64,000 nt of DNA, from positions 8,538-72,537 of the forward strand of contig JBBTTI010000003.1 in NCBI GenBank assembly GCA_038078735.1. The letters run 5' to 3'. Of the stretch, positions 29,224 to 40,039 are shown in pieces (the first letter of the stretch is position 1; each line of letters begins with the position of its first letter). Source of the stretch: Patescibacteria group bacterium (lineage in GTDB: Bacteria; Patescibacteriota; Minisyncoccia; Minisyncoccales; CAZWNE01). The notes beneath the pieces are model-generated. The model saw only the letters and a program-made list of their open reading frames with translations, had not been told where the DNA came from and did not search any database. The translations under genes and the position numbers were made by a program.

Positions 29224-31761
29224 CTACTGCTTAATCTGGAAGGTTTCGGGGTCGATTTCTACTTTACTGCCGCGCTTTATTTGATCAGAGAGAATGGCTG
29301 TGGCTAGGACATTGCCGATTTTGTCTTGGATAACTCTTTGCATCTGCCTGGCGCCAAAAGTCGGATCATATCCTAATTCCACAATCTTTGCTTTCAACTC
29401 GGGAGTTATAACAAATTCAATTTCCTTTTCCGCTAAATTCTTTTTCAGCTTCTTTAACAGAAGTTCGGCTACGCCTAAAAGATTATTTTTTGATAATGGA
29501 CCAAAGACAACCACTGAATCAAACCTGTTAATAAATTCCGGTCTAAAGATCGCTTTCTCAAAAACAAAATCCAAAAGCTTTGCCTTGACTTGGTCCCAAA
29601 CAGTATTTTCTTTTAACGCTTCGAGAATTATCTGATATCCGGCGTTTGACGTGGCAATAATAATTGAGTTTTTAAAATCAGTTTTCCTGCCCAAACCATC
29701 AGTCAACTGGCCCTCATCCAACACTTGCAAAAATAAATTTAAGATATTGGGATGAGCTTTTTCAATTTCATCTAAAAGTATTAAAGAGAAAGGCGCTTCT
29801 CTAATTTTAGTGGTTAACAACCCCTCTTGGCCGGGAGAACCGATTAAACGGGGAATATCGGCAATGTCTTGGAATTCCGACATATCCAGCCGAATCATTT
29901 TATTTTCCGAACCAAAATAAATTGTGGCCAAGGCCTTAGCTGTTTCAGTTTTGCCAACGCCGGTCGGTCCTAAAAATAAGAACGAACCGATCGTGCCTTT
30001 TCTGATACTGACTTCGGCTCTCGCCCTTCTTAGAGCCGAAGAAACCTCCCTAACAGCCTCTTCTTGATTAATAATCCTCTGATGAATTAAATTTTCCAAA
30101 TTTAAAAGGACTTCTTTTTCTTTTGTTTCTATTTCGCCAACCGGAATCTGGGTTTTTTCTGAAACAATTTTAAAGACATCTTCCGGCAAAAGTATTCTGG
30201 CTTTTTTCTGAGAGGCATAGACTATTATTTCATCCAATAATTTTATTACTTTTTCAGGATTAGTCTGCGAGGGCAAATATTTATCGGAAAGCCGGACGAT
30301 TTCCCGCAAGCTGGAATAAGAAATAAAAATCCTGTATCTTCTTTCCAAAATTAAAGATAAATTCTCTAAAAGCAATAATGTCTCCCGCTCTGAAATTTCC
30401 GCCACTTCAACCTTTTCAAAAAGATCTAAAATAGAAGAATTCTGCTCAATATTTCTGTGAAGGCCCTCAAAAGTGGTGATGGCTATTACCGGGAAATTTG
30501 GCAAAGCCAAGTAGGGCAAAATCACCCCGGAAATATTTAAAAAATTATGAAACTCGTCAATGACTAAAATAATATTTCCGGCAGTCGCTACTTCATTAAA
30601 AATAGCGTTTAAAAGGCTCTCCGGAGCTCCCTGATTGGTCAGACTTGCCAAATCAAGTTGCACTACTCTTTTATAATTAACTTCTTTTAAGCTCTCGCCC
30701 AAAACACTTCTTTTGGCTATAGCCTGAATTATGCTTTTTCTGCCGGACCCCGACTCTCCCACCATCAAAACGTTATTTTTTTCTCTGCGGGATAAAATTC
30801 TTTCTATCGCTTGAATTTCTTTTTGATGGCCGATAGTTTCCGGAAAGCCCTGCCTTTTGACCATATCTGACAAATCAAGAGAAAATTTATCCAAATTTAA
30901 AGTGTATCCGGCTGTCCAGTTTTTTGCCAGAGAGCCCTGTTTTATTAAATTTTTCCATTCCCAGAATTTTTTTCTCTCTTCAATATCTTCTTTCAGCGAC
31001 TGAAGCCACCAATTTAAATTTTTAATATCCTGATTCTTTAAATTAACGGCAACCAAGTACTTTTTGAAAGTAATATCAATTTCGCTGAAGGCCGATATTA
31101 AGTCCCCTACGCCGATTCTTTCTCCTCCTCGGTCTTTAGCGGCCTGAAAAGCAAGTAAAATAACTTTCTGGAAATCAAGGGAAAAAATTTCTTCCCCTGA
31201 ACGAGCTGAAGGGTCTCCCCGGAGCTTATCTAAACAAATTTTCAAGTCTTTTTTTATCCCCTTTAAATATAAAAGGGCCCGGGTAAATATAAAATTAATC
31301 TCCTTGCCGTCTTTAAGCGCAAAATAAAGCAGGGCCTCGGAAGAAATTTCGGCTAATTTTTTCTTGCGGGAAAATTTGATTGCTTCCCAACAAGCATTAG
31401 CCGCCCCAAGACTTAAAAATTCAGCTAAATTTACTCCTTCTTTATAATCTGGCAACCGAGGTTTTTTTAACTCCGACGCGCTTCCTAGCGGTCGGAGCTC
31501 CGATACTGATGGTCGTCGGAGTTTAGTTTTGAAAAAAATTTCCAAAAGCCAAAAAGTAATTGCCGAGGATAGAGTGATTAAGGAAAGCGCCAAAAATCTT
31601 TCCGGGAAGGAACGATAAAAAAGGGCCACCAAGAAAAAGAAAAATAAAGCAAAAAATAACCTTCTGATTAATTTGGCAAATCTGAAAACCGGAGTTTTTC
31701 CCCATTTTACCGCCGTAAATATTTTTGCTTTTTTTAAATTAAAATAGAATTGAGAATCCAT
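29224..31761 (-). CDS. Clp/Hsp100 AAA+ ATPase with N-terminal TM segments
   Basis: GESGSGRK, IDEFH; FLGPTGVGKTETAK, RLDMSEF, LDEIEKAHP, RPEFINRFD, FGAR. Confidence 0.9.
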   Translation of the reverse strand: MDSQFYFNLKKAKIFTAVKWGKTPVFRFAKLIRRLFFALFFFFLVALFYRSFPERFLALSLITLSSAITFWLLEIFFKTKLRRPSVSELRPLGSASELKKPRLPDYKEGVNLAEFLSLGAANACWEAIKFSRKKKLAEISSEALLYFALKDGKEINFIFTRALLYLKGIKKDLKICLDKLRGDPSARSGEEIFSLDFQKVILLAFQAAKDRGGERIGVGDLISAFSEIDITFKKYLVAVNLKNQDIKNLNWWLQSLKEDIEERKKFWEWKNLIKQGSLAKNWTAGYTLNLDKFSLDLSDMVKRQGFPETIGHQKEIQAIERILSRREKNNVLMVGESGSGRKSIIQAIAKRSVLGESLKEVNYKRVVQLDLASLTNQGAPESLLNAIFNEVATAGNIILVIDEFHNFLNISGVILPYLALPNFPVIAITTFEGLHRNIEQNSSILDLFEKVEVAEISERETLLLLENLSLILERRYRIFISYSSLREIVRLSDKYLPSQTNPEKVIKLLDEIIVYASQKKARILLPEDVFKIVSEKTQIPVGEIETKEKEVLLNLENLIHQRIINQEEAVREVSSALRRARAEVSIRKGTIGSFLFLGPTGVGKTETAKALATIYFGSENKMIRLDMSEFQDIADIPRLIGSPGQEGLLTTKIREAPFSLILLDEIEKAHPNILNLFLQVLDEGQLTDGLGRKTDFKNSIIIATSNAGYQIILEALKENTVWDQVKAKLLDFVFEKAIFRPEFINRFDSVVVFGPLSKNNLLGVAELLLKKLKKNLAEKEIEFVITPELKAKIVELGYDPTFGARQMQRVIQDKIGNVLATAILSDQIKRGSKVEIDPETFQIKQ

Positions 31762-32128
31762 AATAAAAACCGCTGATTAAAAGAAAAGGCAGGGCTAACC
31801 AAGCCAAAAAAATGATTAAACCGGCGGATAATATAAAAACTTCAAATAAAATGCCGGAAATTATTAAAAATACTCTGACGATCGCTCCTAAGATCCGAGA
31901 AATTAAATTAGAGAAAAAAACCTCGAGATATCTTTTGATGTCAAAACCCCTGCCGTAAGACCAGCTGTATCTCCGCCAAGGAGAAAATAGGGTTTTTAAT
32001 AAAAGAGGCAAAGAAAAATAATTAAGTCCGAATTTTAAAAAATTCTTCCATCCGGCTAAAACATTTTTGGGTGACTCCAAAAATTGCCAAACAATATACT
32101 GAAAGATAATATTTTGAGCCATTATCAA
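31739..32128 (-). CDS. Hypothetical membrane protein coupled to the Clp ATPase
   Basis: FS..LLLKTLFSPWRR, ISRILGAIVR; overlaps Clp start. Confidence 0.75.
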   Translation of the reverse strand: MIMAQNIIFQYIVWQFLESPKNVLAGWKNFLKFGLNYFSLPLLLKTLFSPWRRYSWSYGRGFDIKRYLEVFFSNLISRILGAIVRVFLIISGILFEVFILSAGLIIFLAWLALPFLLISGFYYGFSILF

Positions 32129-32134
32129 ATTATA

Positions 32135-32458
32135 CTACTCCCTTAAGATACTGTCTAACTCGTCAAGGATATCTTGGGGCACTGGTATGGACTTGCCGAT
32201 TGGACTTCTGGCCGGATACCGCCAAGTACTAATAATTTTTATTTTTGATATTTGATTTTTAATTTTAGTTATCACATACATCAACCATATCTCGGTTGGA
32301 TGTTTCTTGGTGCCGGTAATTTGCATTGCGGCCAAAGTGTCAGGCGCTATCCCCTCTTCTTTTCTGTCGGGCCGACGCAAAACTCGCAGAACCCTTTGTT
32401 CGGAAAGCCGATACTGCCGCATTTTAATTTTTGAATGTTGAGTCCAACTTAATAACAT
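32135..32458 (-). CDS. Hypothetical protein (DUF4258-like)
   Basis: WTQHSK.KMRQY.LSE.RV.RV.R.P.R.EEGIA, IISTWRYP. Confidence 0.7.
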   Translation of the reverse strand: MLLSWTQHSKIKMRQYRLSEQRVLRVLRRPDRKEEGIAPDTLAAMQITGTKKHPTEIWLMYVITKIKNQISKIKIISTWRYPARSPIGKSIPVPQDILDELDSILRE

Positions 32459-33063
32459 TTGAGATAACGATATTTTTTAAATTGGTCTTTAAAAAATTGA
32501 TATTTTTTATAACCGAATTTTTCCAGCATTTTTTTGATATCTTCTTTTTGCAATGGATCGAATTCCATAAAGATCATATTACTTTTGTCTTTAGCTTCTC
32601 TCAAAAATATCTTAATAATATCTAATCCTTTTTCTCCGGAAAAAAGAGCGATGTGCGGTTCTTTTTCCAAAACCGAAAGTTGGACTTCATTGATGCGTTC
32701 CGTTGCTATATAAGGCGGGTTGGCAAAGATGACATCGTATTTTTTCCTTCTGATTTTTTCAAACAAATCTGATTTATAAATTTTATATCTTTTTGGAGAT
32801 ATTCTATTAAGCTTTAAATTAATTTTAATCTGCTTAATCGCGCCTTCATATATATCAACGAAGTCTACTCGACTATTTTTAATATTTTTCAAAACAGCAA
32901 CCCCAATGCATCCCGAACCGGCAAATATATCTAACGCTTTTAGAGGCTTAGCTTCCTTTTGGAAGCTAAGCCTCTTCAGAGCTTTTTCTACCCAGAATTC
33001 AGTTTCAATACGAGGAATCAAAACTTTTTCCCTTAAATCAATTTGACAGTTTAAAAATTTCAT
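32449..33063 (-). CDS. HemK/PrmC-family methyltransferase
   Basis: VLIPR.ETE, LDIFAGSGCIG, ANPPY, EP..ALF.G..GL. Confidence 0.9.
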   Translation of the reverse strand: MKFLNCQIDLREKVLIPRIETEFWVEKALKRLSFQKEAKPLKALDIFAGSGCIGVAVLKNIKNSRVDFVDIYEGAIKQIKINLKLNRISPKRYKIYKSDLFEKIRRKKYDVIFANPPYIATERINEVQLSVLEKEPHIALFSGEKGLDIIKIFLREAKDKSNMIFMEFDPLQKEDIKKMLEKFGYKKYQFFKDQFKKYRYLKCY

Positions 33064-33109
33064 ATCCCAAAAGAAGCTTAGCTTCTCACTTAGAAGCTAA
33101 GCTTCTAAT

Positions 33110-34258
33110 TTAAAATTTGCCTTGCTTGATTTTATTTCTGATGCCTTCAATGTAAGTGTTGAAAAAATACAGGTTGTGGAAAGTCAGTAATTTTAAGGCA
33201 GTAATTTCTTTAGCCCGAATAAGATGAGAGACATAATTTCTTTTATAATTTTGGCAGACAAGGCAAAAGCACTTTTTGTCTAAAGGATTTTTATCCGTCA
33301 GAAATTTTGTCTTAGCCATATCCATTTTACCACCAGAAGTGAAAGCAATGCCATGCCTGGCGTAATGAGTCGGGATAATGCAATCAACCGTATCAATGCC
33401 ACTTTTAAAAATTTTTATTAAGTCGCCGATATGGCCATTACCCAATAAATGCCTTGGCTTTTCTTCCGGTAAAACTTCGGTAACCCAATTTAACATTTTG
33501 AACATTTCTTTCTTATCAAATCCTAATTCGCCGCCTATGCCAAAACCGTCAAAATCAAGCCCGCTTATAAATTTAGCGCTTTTAATTCTTAAATCTTTAA
33601 ACTTGCCCCCTTGCACAATGCCATATAATGCTTGTTTTGCTTGCCCTGAGCTTGTCGAATGGGATTCAAGACAAATTTTCGCCCAAGAATGAGTCCTCTC
33701 TATTGATCTTTTCGTATACTCGTAATCGGCAATTGGCGGCGGACATTCATCAAAATTAAAAATTATGTCAGCCCCTAACTGCTCTTGTATTTTAATAGAC
33801 TCTTTCGGCCCTAAAAATAATTCACTGCCGTTGATCGGCGATTGGAAAAATACGCCATCTCTGGTAATTTTTAAGGATTTCGGCTGCCTGCCGGATTTAA
33901 TAGATAAAGATTCTTCTTTATTCAACATCTTTCCCATTTTAAAGTCCTTGCCAAAGCCCAGAGAAAAAACTTGATATCCTCCGGAATCGGTCATCAAGGG
34001 CTTTTGCCAATTCATAAATTTATGAAGACCGCCGGCTGATTTCACAATTTTTTCTCCCGGCTTTAAATGTAAATGAAAAGTATTACAAATTAAAATTTGG
34101 CTTTTAGTTTGTTCAACCTCTTCTGAAGTCAAGGTTTTTATAACCGCTTGAGTAGCCACCGGCACCAAACACGGCGTTTCCACCACGCCGTGAGATGTTT
34201 TCAAAATACCTAACCTCGCCCGAGATATTTTAGATTTTTTTAGAATCTTAAAATCCAT
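33110..34258 (-). CDS. tgt: tRNA-guanine transglycosylase
   Basis: NTFHL, TDSGGYQVFSL, GIVQGG, C.C..C zinc site, HNL. Confidence 0.95.
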   Translation of the reverse strand: MDFKILKKSKISRARLGILKTSHGVVETPCLVPVATQAVIKTLTSEEVEQTKSQILICNTFHLHLKPGEKIVKSAGGLHKFMNWQKPLMTDSGGYQVFSLGFGKDFKMGKMLNKEESLSIKSGRQPKSLKITRDGVFFQSPINGSELFLGPKESIKIQEQLGADIIFNFDECPPPIADYEYTKRSIERTHSWAKICLESHSTSSGQAKQALYGIVQGGKFKDLRIKSAKFISGLDFDGFGIGGELGFDKKEMFKMLNWVTEVLPEEKPRHLLGNGHIGDLIKIFKSGIDTVDCIIPTHYARHGIAFTSGGKMDMAKTKFLTDKNPLDKKCFCLVCQNYKRNYVSHLIRAKEITALKLLTFHNLYFFNTYIEGIRNKIKQGKF

Positions 34259-34405
34259 TTTATTATCTTATCATAAAACCGAGCCCCGTAAACGTGAAAA
34301 GGAGGTGTCGTAGAATTGACACCTCCTTTTTATTCTTTCGAATTTACCTTAGACCGCTAGCGCGATCTGGGCCGACAAGGCGCCGGCTCTGCCCGGGATT
34401 TCGGG

Positions 34406-35281
34406 CTAAAATTGGTCGTCCGATCCGTCCGCGAAATCATCGTCCGATGTGCGGACTGGGCAAATTGCCGCCTCCAAACTCTGGCGAATTTGGGCGAACC
34501 GCCGGGACTTAGAAATCCCTTTGGTCGCCGCAAGGTCGGCGACGGCCTTCTGGACAGCCAGTTTTAGGATGGCGAGGTCCAGTTTGGACTGAACTACTAT
34601 GGTCTCCGCCATCGCCCTAGCGATCTCCTCCTTGGTCTGCTGTTCTCGCCTTACCTCGGCGAGTTCGGCGGACTTAGAAGAGATTTGCACTTGGAGTTGG
34701 GAAATTTCCGCCCTTAGACCTGAAACGGTTTTCTTTTCCGTCTCAAGGTCGTAATGGAGGCGATTTATTTCCTCTCTTTCCATCGACCGCTCAATTTTAG
34801 TAGTAATCTCCCTACTGTAATCGAACGACTTACCGGTGACCTCTGTAAACCCTCTCCGAAAAAATTCGGCTGCTTGAGCAACTATGACTTCGACTTTCTC
34901 CGAAGCCTTCCCCCACCCCCCTCCAAAGGAAGTGAGAAAACCCTCTACATCATCGAGTACATCCCCATGAGGGGATGTACCACTGGCCCAGCTAGGACTC
35001 TTAATTACTATTTCGACTTTACCATCCCGGCCGGGTCCATTTACCAATTCTCCGGGGCGATAAAAGTCTAGGTAACCCCACAATAGTTTCCCCTCTAAAG
35101 CAATTTTGGCGGCCACGAATAATCCGTGGTCATCATTATGCGTTGGCAACACCCGCAACCTCCGCAACTCAACCCTATCCACCTCCTCCATCCCCGCTAC
35201 CACTGCAGCCACTTCCTCTCCTACTTTGCCAGCGAAAGTCTTTATTTCTTCCACTCTATTATTAATCATCTGGGTTTTCAT
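34406..35281 (-). CDS. Hypothetical coiled-coil protein (cassette-type)
   Basis: 291-aa ORF, visibly GC-richer than neighbours, C-terminal heptads. Confidence 0.7.
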   Translation of the reverse strand: MKTQMINNRVEEIKTFAGKVGEEVAAVVAGMEEVDRVELRRLRVLPTHNDDHGLFVAAKIALEGKLLWGYLDFYRPGELVNGPGRDGKVEIVIKSPSWASGTSPHGDVLDDVEGFLTSFGGGWGKASEKVEVIVAQAAEFFRRGFTEVTGKSFDYSREITTKIERSMEREEINRLHYDLETEKKTVSGLRAEISQLQVQISSKSAELAEVRREQQTKEEIARAMAETIVVQSKLDLAILKLAVQKAVADLAATKGISKSRRFAQIRQSLEAAICPVRTSDDDFADGSDDQF

Positions 35282-35499
35282 TTTTTTCGTCCTTTTTCTT
35301 TTCTTTTTCCGCCTTCATTTCTGCAACTCCTTGTCCTGTTTTTTCTTGGCCTCCTTGCCAGAAAAACTCATCAAGTCGTTCAGAAAGCCGATCGGAAATA
35401 TTGCTGCGAAGCAGCAATAAAATGACTAATTAATAATCAGCTTATTGCTACTTCGCAACTCCTTATTAAATTTTTAAAGAAGCTGGTTTCAATGCCTAA

Positions 35500-35528
35500 A
35501 TTATATCATACTACTCCAACTTTGTCAA
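35500..35528 (-). promoter_or_regulatory. Consensus sigma70 promoter
   Basis: TTGACA-N17-TATAAT on the minus strand. Confidence 0.85.
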
Positions 35529-35748
35529 GTTTTTGTACTGGTTCACATAATATGATACACCCAGCACTTGAAAAATATGAAAGGCAGGTACAATGGTTGC
35601 CGTATGACAATCTACGGCACAATTCTGCCCGGAGCAGCCGCTATTGCCCGTTCGGCGTTCCTGACAGATAAATTAACGGAGCGTGAGATGATAGACGTTG
35701 AACGTCTATCATTACATTTCTCTCAAAAAAAAGGCACGGTGGAGAAAT

Positions 35749-36009
35749 TCAAGGCCGTGCCCGAGAGATAAGCTCTCCTTGTTGAGGAAGCGATTGAGCA
35801 ATTTTAGCATCTTTCTGAGCTATAGTTATGGCAGTTGCCATTGCTTGCGCCCCTTCTTTTTGTATCAAGTGCACAAATTGTCCAGGCAGAATTTGACCCT
35901 TAATATCATAGCCGTCTTTCCTTACCCAAGGAGCTTCATTTAGAACGAGATAATAGAAGATAAAATGAGATTCCGGAATAGAAATTCTTTTCTGTTTTAT
36001 TCCTAACAA
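35749..36009 (-). CDS. Hypothetical protein (cassette-type)
   Basis: SD GGAGGAGG before TTG start; bracketed by palindromes 35689 and 36102. Confidence 0.55.
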   Translation of the reverse strand: MLGIKQKRISIPESHFIFYYLVLNEAPWVRKDGYDIKGQILPGQFVHLIQKEGAQAMATAITIAQKDAKIAQSLPQQGELISRARP

Positions 36010-36146
36010 TCTATTGCCTCCTCCATATTTTATTCTAAATAAACTACTAATCTACTAATTAAACTATATTATATATCTCAAATTTAATCAACAATTAGAA
36101 ATGTTAGACGTCTGGCGTCTAACATTACATCGCACAACTTGCGAGA

Positions 36147-36467
36147 TTATTTAATTTCAAAACCATGAAATTCGCCATTATAATTTTCCCAAATGATTTC
36201 CATGTTTTCCACTTTGGCCAGAAAAGGGCCTCTTTTAGCCCATTTTATCATCTCTTCAATTTTATCTTTCTCCCCTTCAAAAATCGCTTCTACCCGGCCG
36301 TCGGCTAAATTAGCCACCTGGCCGGTTAAACCCAATTTTTGGGCCATTTTTTGCGTATTATGCCGATATAAAACACCTTGCACCCTGCCTAAAACAAAAA
36401 TATGAACCCTAATCCTTCGATCGGGATTAGTCCTGAACTTCGTTGAAGGACTTGCTTTTTCTGACAT
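36147..36467 (-). CDS. acyP: Acylphosphatase
   Basis: GRVQGV.YR, G.V.NL.DGRVE...EG, GP..A.V. Confidence 0.92.
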   Translation of the reverse strand: MSEKASPSTKFRTNPDRRIRVHIFVLGRVQGVLYRHNTQKMAQKLGLTGQVANLADGRVEAIFEGEKDKIEEMIKWAKRGPFLAKVENMEIIWENYNGEFHGFEIK

Positions 36468-36474
36468 AAATTTG

Positions 36475-36549
36475 TGGTGGGCGCTGCTGGGATCGAACCA
36501 GCGACCTCTTCGATGTGAACGAAGCGCGCTACCACTGCGCTAAGCGCCC
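36475..36549 (-). tRNA. tRNA-Val(CAC)
   Basis: GGGCGCTTAGCGCAGTGG...TTCACAT...GGTTCGATCC...GCGCCCACCA. Confidence 0.94.
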
Positions 36550-36615
36550 TTATTATTTATTTTAATCGATTTTTTCAAAAAATAAAGGGGCGCCAAAGCA
36601 CCCCTTTTCCCATCA

Positions 36616-37071
36616 CTAGCGAATTACTATGAAAATAAGCCTGAATAGCATAACCATAGGAAACCAACCGATTATGACCAACCAAGCTGGAGTATTATAT
36701 TTCCAATTACGCGCCTTTAAATTAGGAAGCTCGTGGAATAAAAGGAGTATCAACGTCACAACTATAAACGCTGATAATGACACTCTCAATGATGGCCCCA
36801 TTAGCGCTATTATCCATTCCCAAAGGAGATTTATTGCCACGCCGAAGACTCCCCAGGCTGACACCACAATTGAAAAATATTTCCAACTTAGAAAAGGTTG
36901 CCGGGAGTAATACCATAAATTCATCATTTTTACTCCCACAATGTCAAAAAAGAAACCTCCTATCATACCGAGACAGAAAGAAATTGTCAGTTCTCTCAAC
37001 TCACCCCTGAAATAAGCAACAGTGAGAAGAGTGACACCTAGTGCCCAGACAAACCACCTTACTCTTATCAT
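36616..37071 (-). CDS. Hypothetical membrane protein (cassette-type)
   Basis: ~5 TM, repeated W.Y motifs; own TTGACT/TATACT promoter at 37121-37148. Confidence 0.7.
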   Translation of the reverse strand: MIRVRWFVWALGVTLLTVAYFRGELRELTISFCLGMIGGFFFDIVGVKMMNLWYYSRQPFLSWKYFSIVVSAWGVFGVAINLLWEWIIALMGPSLRVSLSAFIVVTLILLLFHELPNLKARNWKYNTPAWLVIIGWFPMVMLFRLIFIVIR

Positions 37072-37187
37072 TACTCTCTCGCCTACCTTTCTAAAAAGTT
37101 ATTGTAGATAAACTAATTTTAGTATAAATAAAATTAATAAAAAGTCAATCCCATAATGTTTTTTAAAAAATCTGATATAATAAACTA

Positions 37188-39104
37188 ATGCAGATTTTTG
37201 AATTTCATTTTAACCCGAAAGTAAAACCTGATTTAATTTTTAACGCTTTTTGTTTTGAACCGGGAAATATTTACGAAAAACGGCTGGGCGGCCTTTATCT
37301 GGCAGGAGATCTGAAAAACGTTCTGCCCCAAAATATTCATCTTTTAGAACATTTAACCCAAACGATAAAACAACAATATTATAAAAACAGCTTAAAAAAT
37401 CCGGCGAAAGCTCTTCAAGAGGGTTTAAGACTGGGCAATACTTTCTTAGAAAATATTTCCAAAAAAGGAGATGTCAGTTGGCTTGGGAATTTGGATTTTG
37501 CCGCTCTTTCTTTAAAAAACTACGACCTCAATTTTACTAAAACCGGCGAGATAAAAATCTATTTGCTGAGAAAGGGCCAGGTTATTGACATTGATAAACG
37601 ATTAAAATTTGAAGAGATAGATCCTTATCCTTTGAAAATATTCGGCAATATTATTTCCGGAAAACTTTCCGAAGACGACATAATTCTGATTTTAACCGAA
37701 GAACTGCTGGATCCGTTCCAAAAATTACTAACAGAAATTGCCGCCCTATCCCCTTTCAGCGATAAGAAATTGAAAGAAATTTTTAAAAAGAAAGAAGAAA
37801 TCCTTTCAAAAACTTCCGGCCTTTGCCTTTTGATTTCTTTAAGCAGGGCTATTTTGCCCCGCAAGAAAGAAATGATTTTAGGTAACCAGCAACCGAAAGA
37901 ATTTGCTTTTAAAAATATTGTCTCTCCTATTTTAAAAAAAATTAAGAAATTAATAAAAATAAAAAAACCGATTTTCAAATTACCTTCCATTAAATTGCCC
38001 TCTTTTAAAATTACGCTTCCGAAAAAGAACACAATCCTAATCTTAACTTTAATTTTATTTCTAGCCTTAGGTTTCTTTATCTCCCAAAAAGAAGAACAGA
38101 AAAAATTTAAAACTTACCAGGAAACCTTCCTGCAAATCCAACAAAAAATAAACAAAGCTGAAAGTTATTTAATTTTAAAAGACAACCTTCCGCTTCAAGA
38201 GAAAGCCGATTCGCTTTTAAAGGAAAGCCAAAATGATATTTTAAATCTACTAAAAATTTCCTCGACAGCTCCCGCAATTTTTAGGAACCAAATTGACGAG
38301 CTTGAGAAAAAAATCTCTGATAAGCTTTTTACGTTGAATAAACTGACGGAAATTATTGACCCTGAACTGATTTTTGAAACAGACCCCCAAAAATTTATCC
38401 CTCAAAAAATAATTTCAAATAATAATTCTCTTTATCTTTTTAGCCCTTACGTTCAAGGTATCTTTAAAATAAATGGGGAAAAAGGCGAACTTATTAATAA
38501 AAAGTTTAACACGGCGGCTGTTTCCGATAATTTTTTACTGCTTTTTTCCAAACCTAATGAGCTTACTATTTTAAAGGAAGGTCAATTTCAGCAGACAATA
38601 AACATTCAAACCTTATCAAATTATGTTTATAATGATTTTTCTTCTTACCAATTAAATCTTTATTTTTTTGATGAGGAAAAGGGACAAATAATAAAATATT
38701 CTTATTTAGGAGATTATAAGTGGAGTTCTCCCGAAGTTTGGCTTTTATCTTCAACTAAAAAAGCTATCGGAGCAAAATCAATAGCTGTGGCCGGAAGCGC
38801 CTGGATTCTTAATAAAGATAATTCCTTATCCAGGTATTATGCCGGCCAACTGCAAGAAACTTTAAAATTGAATATTTTCCCCGCAGCTAAGGATTTTTCT
38901 AAAATTTTGGCCATCCCCGAGCTTTCTTATATTTATATCTTAGACCCCCAGCAAAAAAGAGTGGTTATAACAAACAGAACTGGCGAAATAATTCGCCAGT
39001 TCCGAAGTGATAAATTCAATAATTTATTGGATTTTACGGTCTCTCAAGACGGAAAAACTATTTATTTGCTCAACGGCTCAAAAGTATACAGAATTCTATT
39101 TTAA
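37188..39104 (+). CDS. Hypothetical bitopic protein (PP2C-like N-domain, TM, beta-propeller-like C-domain)
   Basis: 638-aa ORF, central [18 protein letters not shown], beta-rich C-terminus; domain calls are inference. Confidence 0.7.
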   Translation: MQIFEFHFNPKVKPDLIFNAFCFEPGNIYEKRLGGLYLAGDLKNVLPQNIHLLEHLTQTIKQQYYKNSLKNPAKALQEGLRLGNTFLENISKKGDVSWLGNLDFAALSLKNYDLNFTKTGEIKIYLLRKGQVIDIDKRLKFEEIDPYPLKIFGNIISGKLSEDDIILILTEELLDPFQKLLTEIAALSPFSDKKLKEIFKKKEEILSKTSGLCLLISLSRAILPRKKEMILGNQQPKEFAFKNIVSPILKKIKKLIKIKKPIFKLPSIKLPSFKITLPKKNTILILTLILFLALGFFISQKEEQKKFKTYQETFLQIQQKINKAESYLILKDNLPLQEKADSLLKESQNDILNLLKISSTAPAIFRNQIDELEKKISDKLFTLNKLTEIIDPELIFETDPQKFIPQKIISNNNSLYLFSPYVQGIFKINGEKGELINKKFNTAAVSDNFLLLFSKPNELTILKEGQFQQTINIQTLSNYVYNDFSSYQLNLYFFDEEKGQIIKYSYLGDYKWSSPEVWLLSSTKKAIGAKSIAVAGSAWILNKDNSLSRYYAGQLQETLKLNIFPAAKDFSKILAIPELSYIYILDPQQKRVVITNRTGEIIRQFRSDKFNNLLDFTVSQDGKTIYLLNGSKVYRILF

Positions 39105-39518
39105 TTCTACTTTTGCTCCTGCCGCCTCAAATTTCTTTTTCATTTCTTCCGCTTCTTCTTTCTTAACATTCTCTTTCACTACCTGAGGTCCGGCTGCTGA
39201 AGCATCGACTAAGTCTTTAGCTTCCTTCAAGCCCTTTTCAGTGATGTCTCTGACTACCTTGATTACTTCAATCTTTTTGTCGCCGGTAGCAACCAACACA
39301 ACATTGAAAATAGATTTTTCTTCCTCGGCTGGGGCTGCTTGCCCTGAGCCCGTCGAAGGGGCTGCCATCATCGGGGCTGCGGCTGAAACGCCGAATTTCT
39401 TTTCCATTACTTTTACCAATTCCGCTAAATCCAAAACAGAAAGTTTTTCAACATCTTCCACTAACTTTTTGAATTTTTCTGGAACCTCTATTTTTTCTTC
39501 TTTTATTTCATCTGCCAT
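39096..39518 (-). CDS. rplL: 50S ribosomal protein L7/L12
   Basis: [37 protein letters not shown]. Confidence 0.97.
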   Translation of the reverse strand: MADEIKEEKIEVPEKFKKLVEDVEKLSVLDLAELVKVMEKKFGVSAAAPMMAAPSTGSGQAAPAEEEKSIFNVVLVATGDKKIEVIKVVRDITEKGLKEAKDLVDASAAGPQVVKENVKKEEAEEMKKKFEAAGAKVELK

Positions 39519-39519
39519 A

Positions 39520-40032
39520 TTATTTTTTTATATTAGCTAATATATAAACCAGACCTTTAATGTTTCCTTGCAATACTCTAACAAAACCTGACATCGGACT
39601 GGCAATACTGCCGACTAATCTTGCCAAAAGCTCTTCCCTGCTTGGTAATTGGGCTAAGGCGACTATCTCCTCAATCTCTTTGAATTTATTTTCCAAAAAT
39701 CCGCCTAATATTTTAATGGCCGAATTTTTTTTTGAAAATTGGTAAACGATTCTCGCAGAAGAAACTTCATCATCAAATCCAAAAATCATAGCCACTTCGC
39801 CTGTCAGCTTGTCTTTAGTTATCTCTAATTTATTTTCTTTCAAAGCTAAATTTAAAAGAGTCTTTTTTGCCACCTTCATCTCATTTTTGTCTTTTTTCAA
39901 TTCCTTCCTTAAGCGAGAAATATCTTTTACTTTCAGCCCCGTGAAGTCAACAAAAACCATCGCTTTCTGTTTAGCAATTTTCTCTTTTAAATCTTCGATT
40001 ATTTTTGTCTTCTGATTTTTATTTAACGGCAT
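39520..40032 (-). CDS. rplJ: 50S ribosomal protein L10
   Basis: [21 protein letters not shown]; start at ATG 40032. Confidence 0.95.
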   Translation of the reverse strand: MPLNKNQKTKIIEDLKEKIAKQKAMVFVDFTGLKVKDISRLRKELKKDKNEMKVAKKTLLNLALKENKLEITKDKLTGEVAMIFGFDDEVSSARIVYQFSKKNSAIKILGGFLENKFKEIEEIVALAQLPSREELLARLVGSIASPMSGFVRVLQGNIKGLVYILANIKK

Positions 40033-40039
40033 AAAAAAA

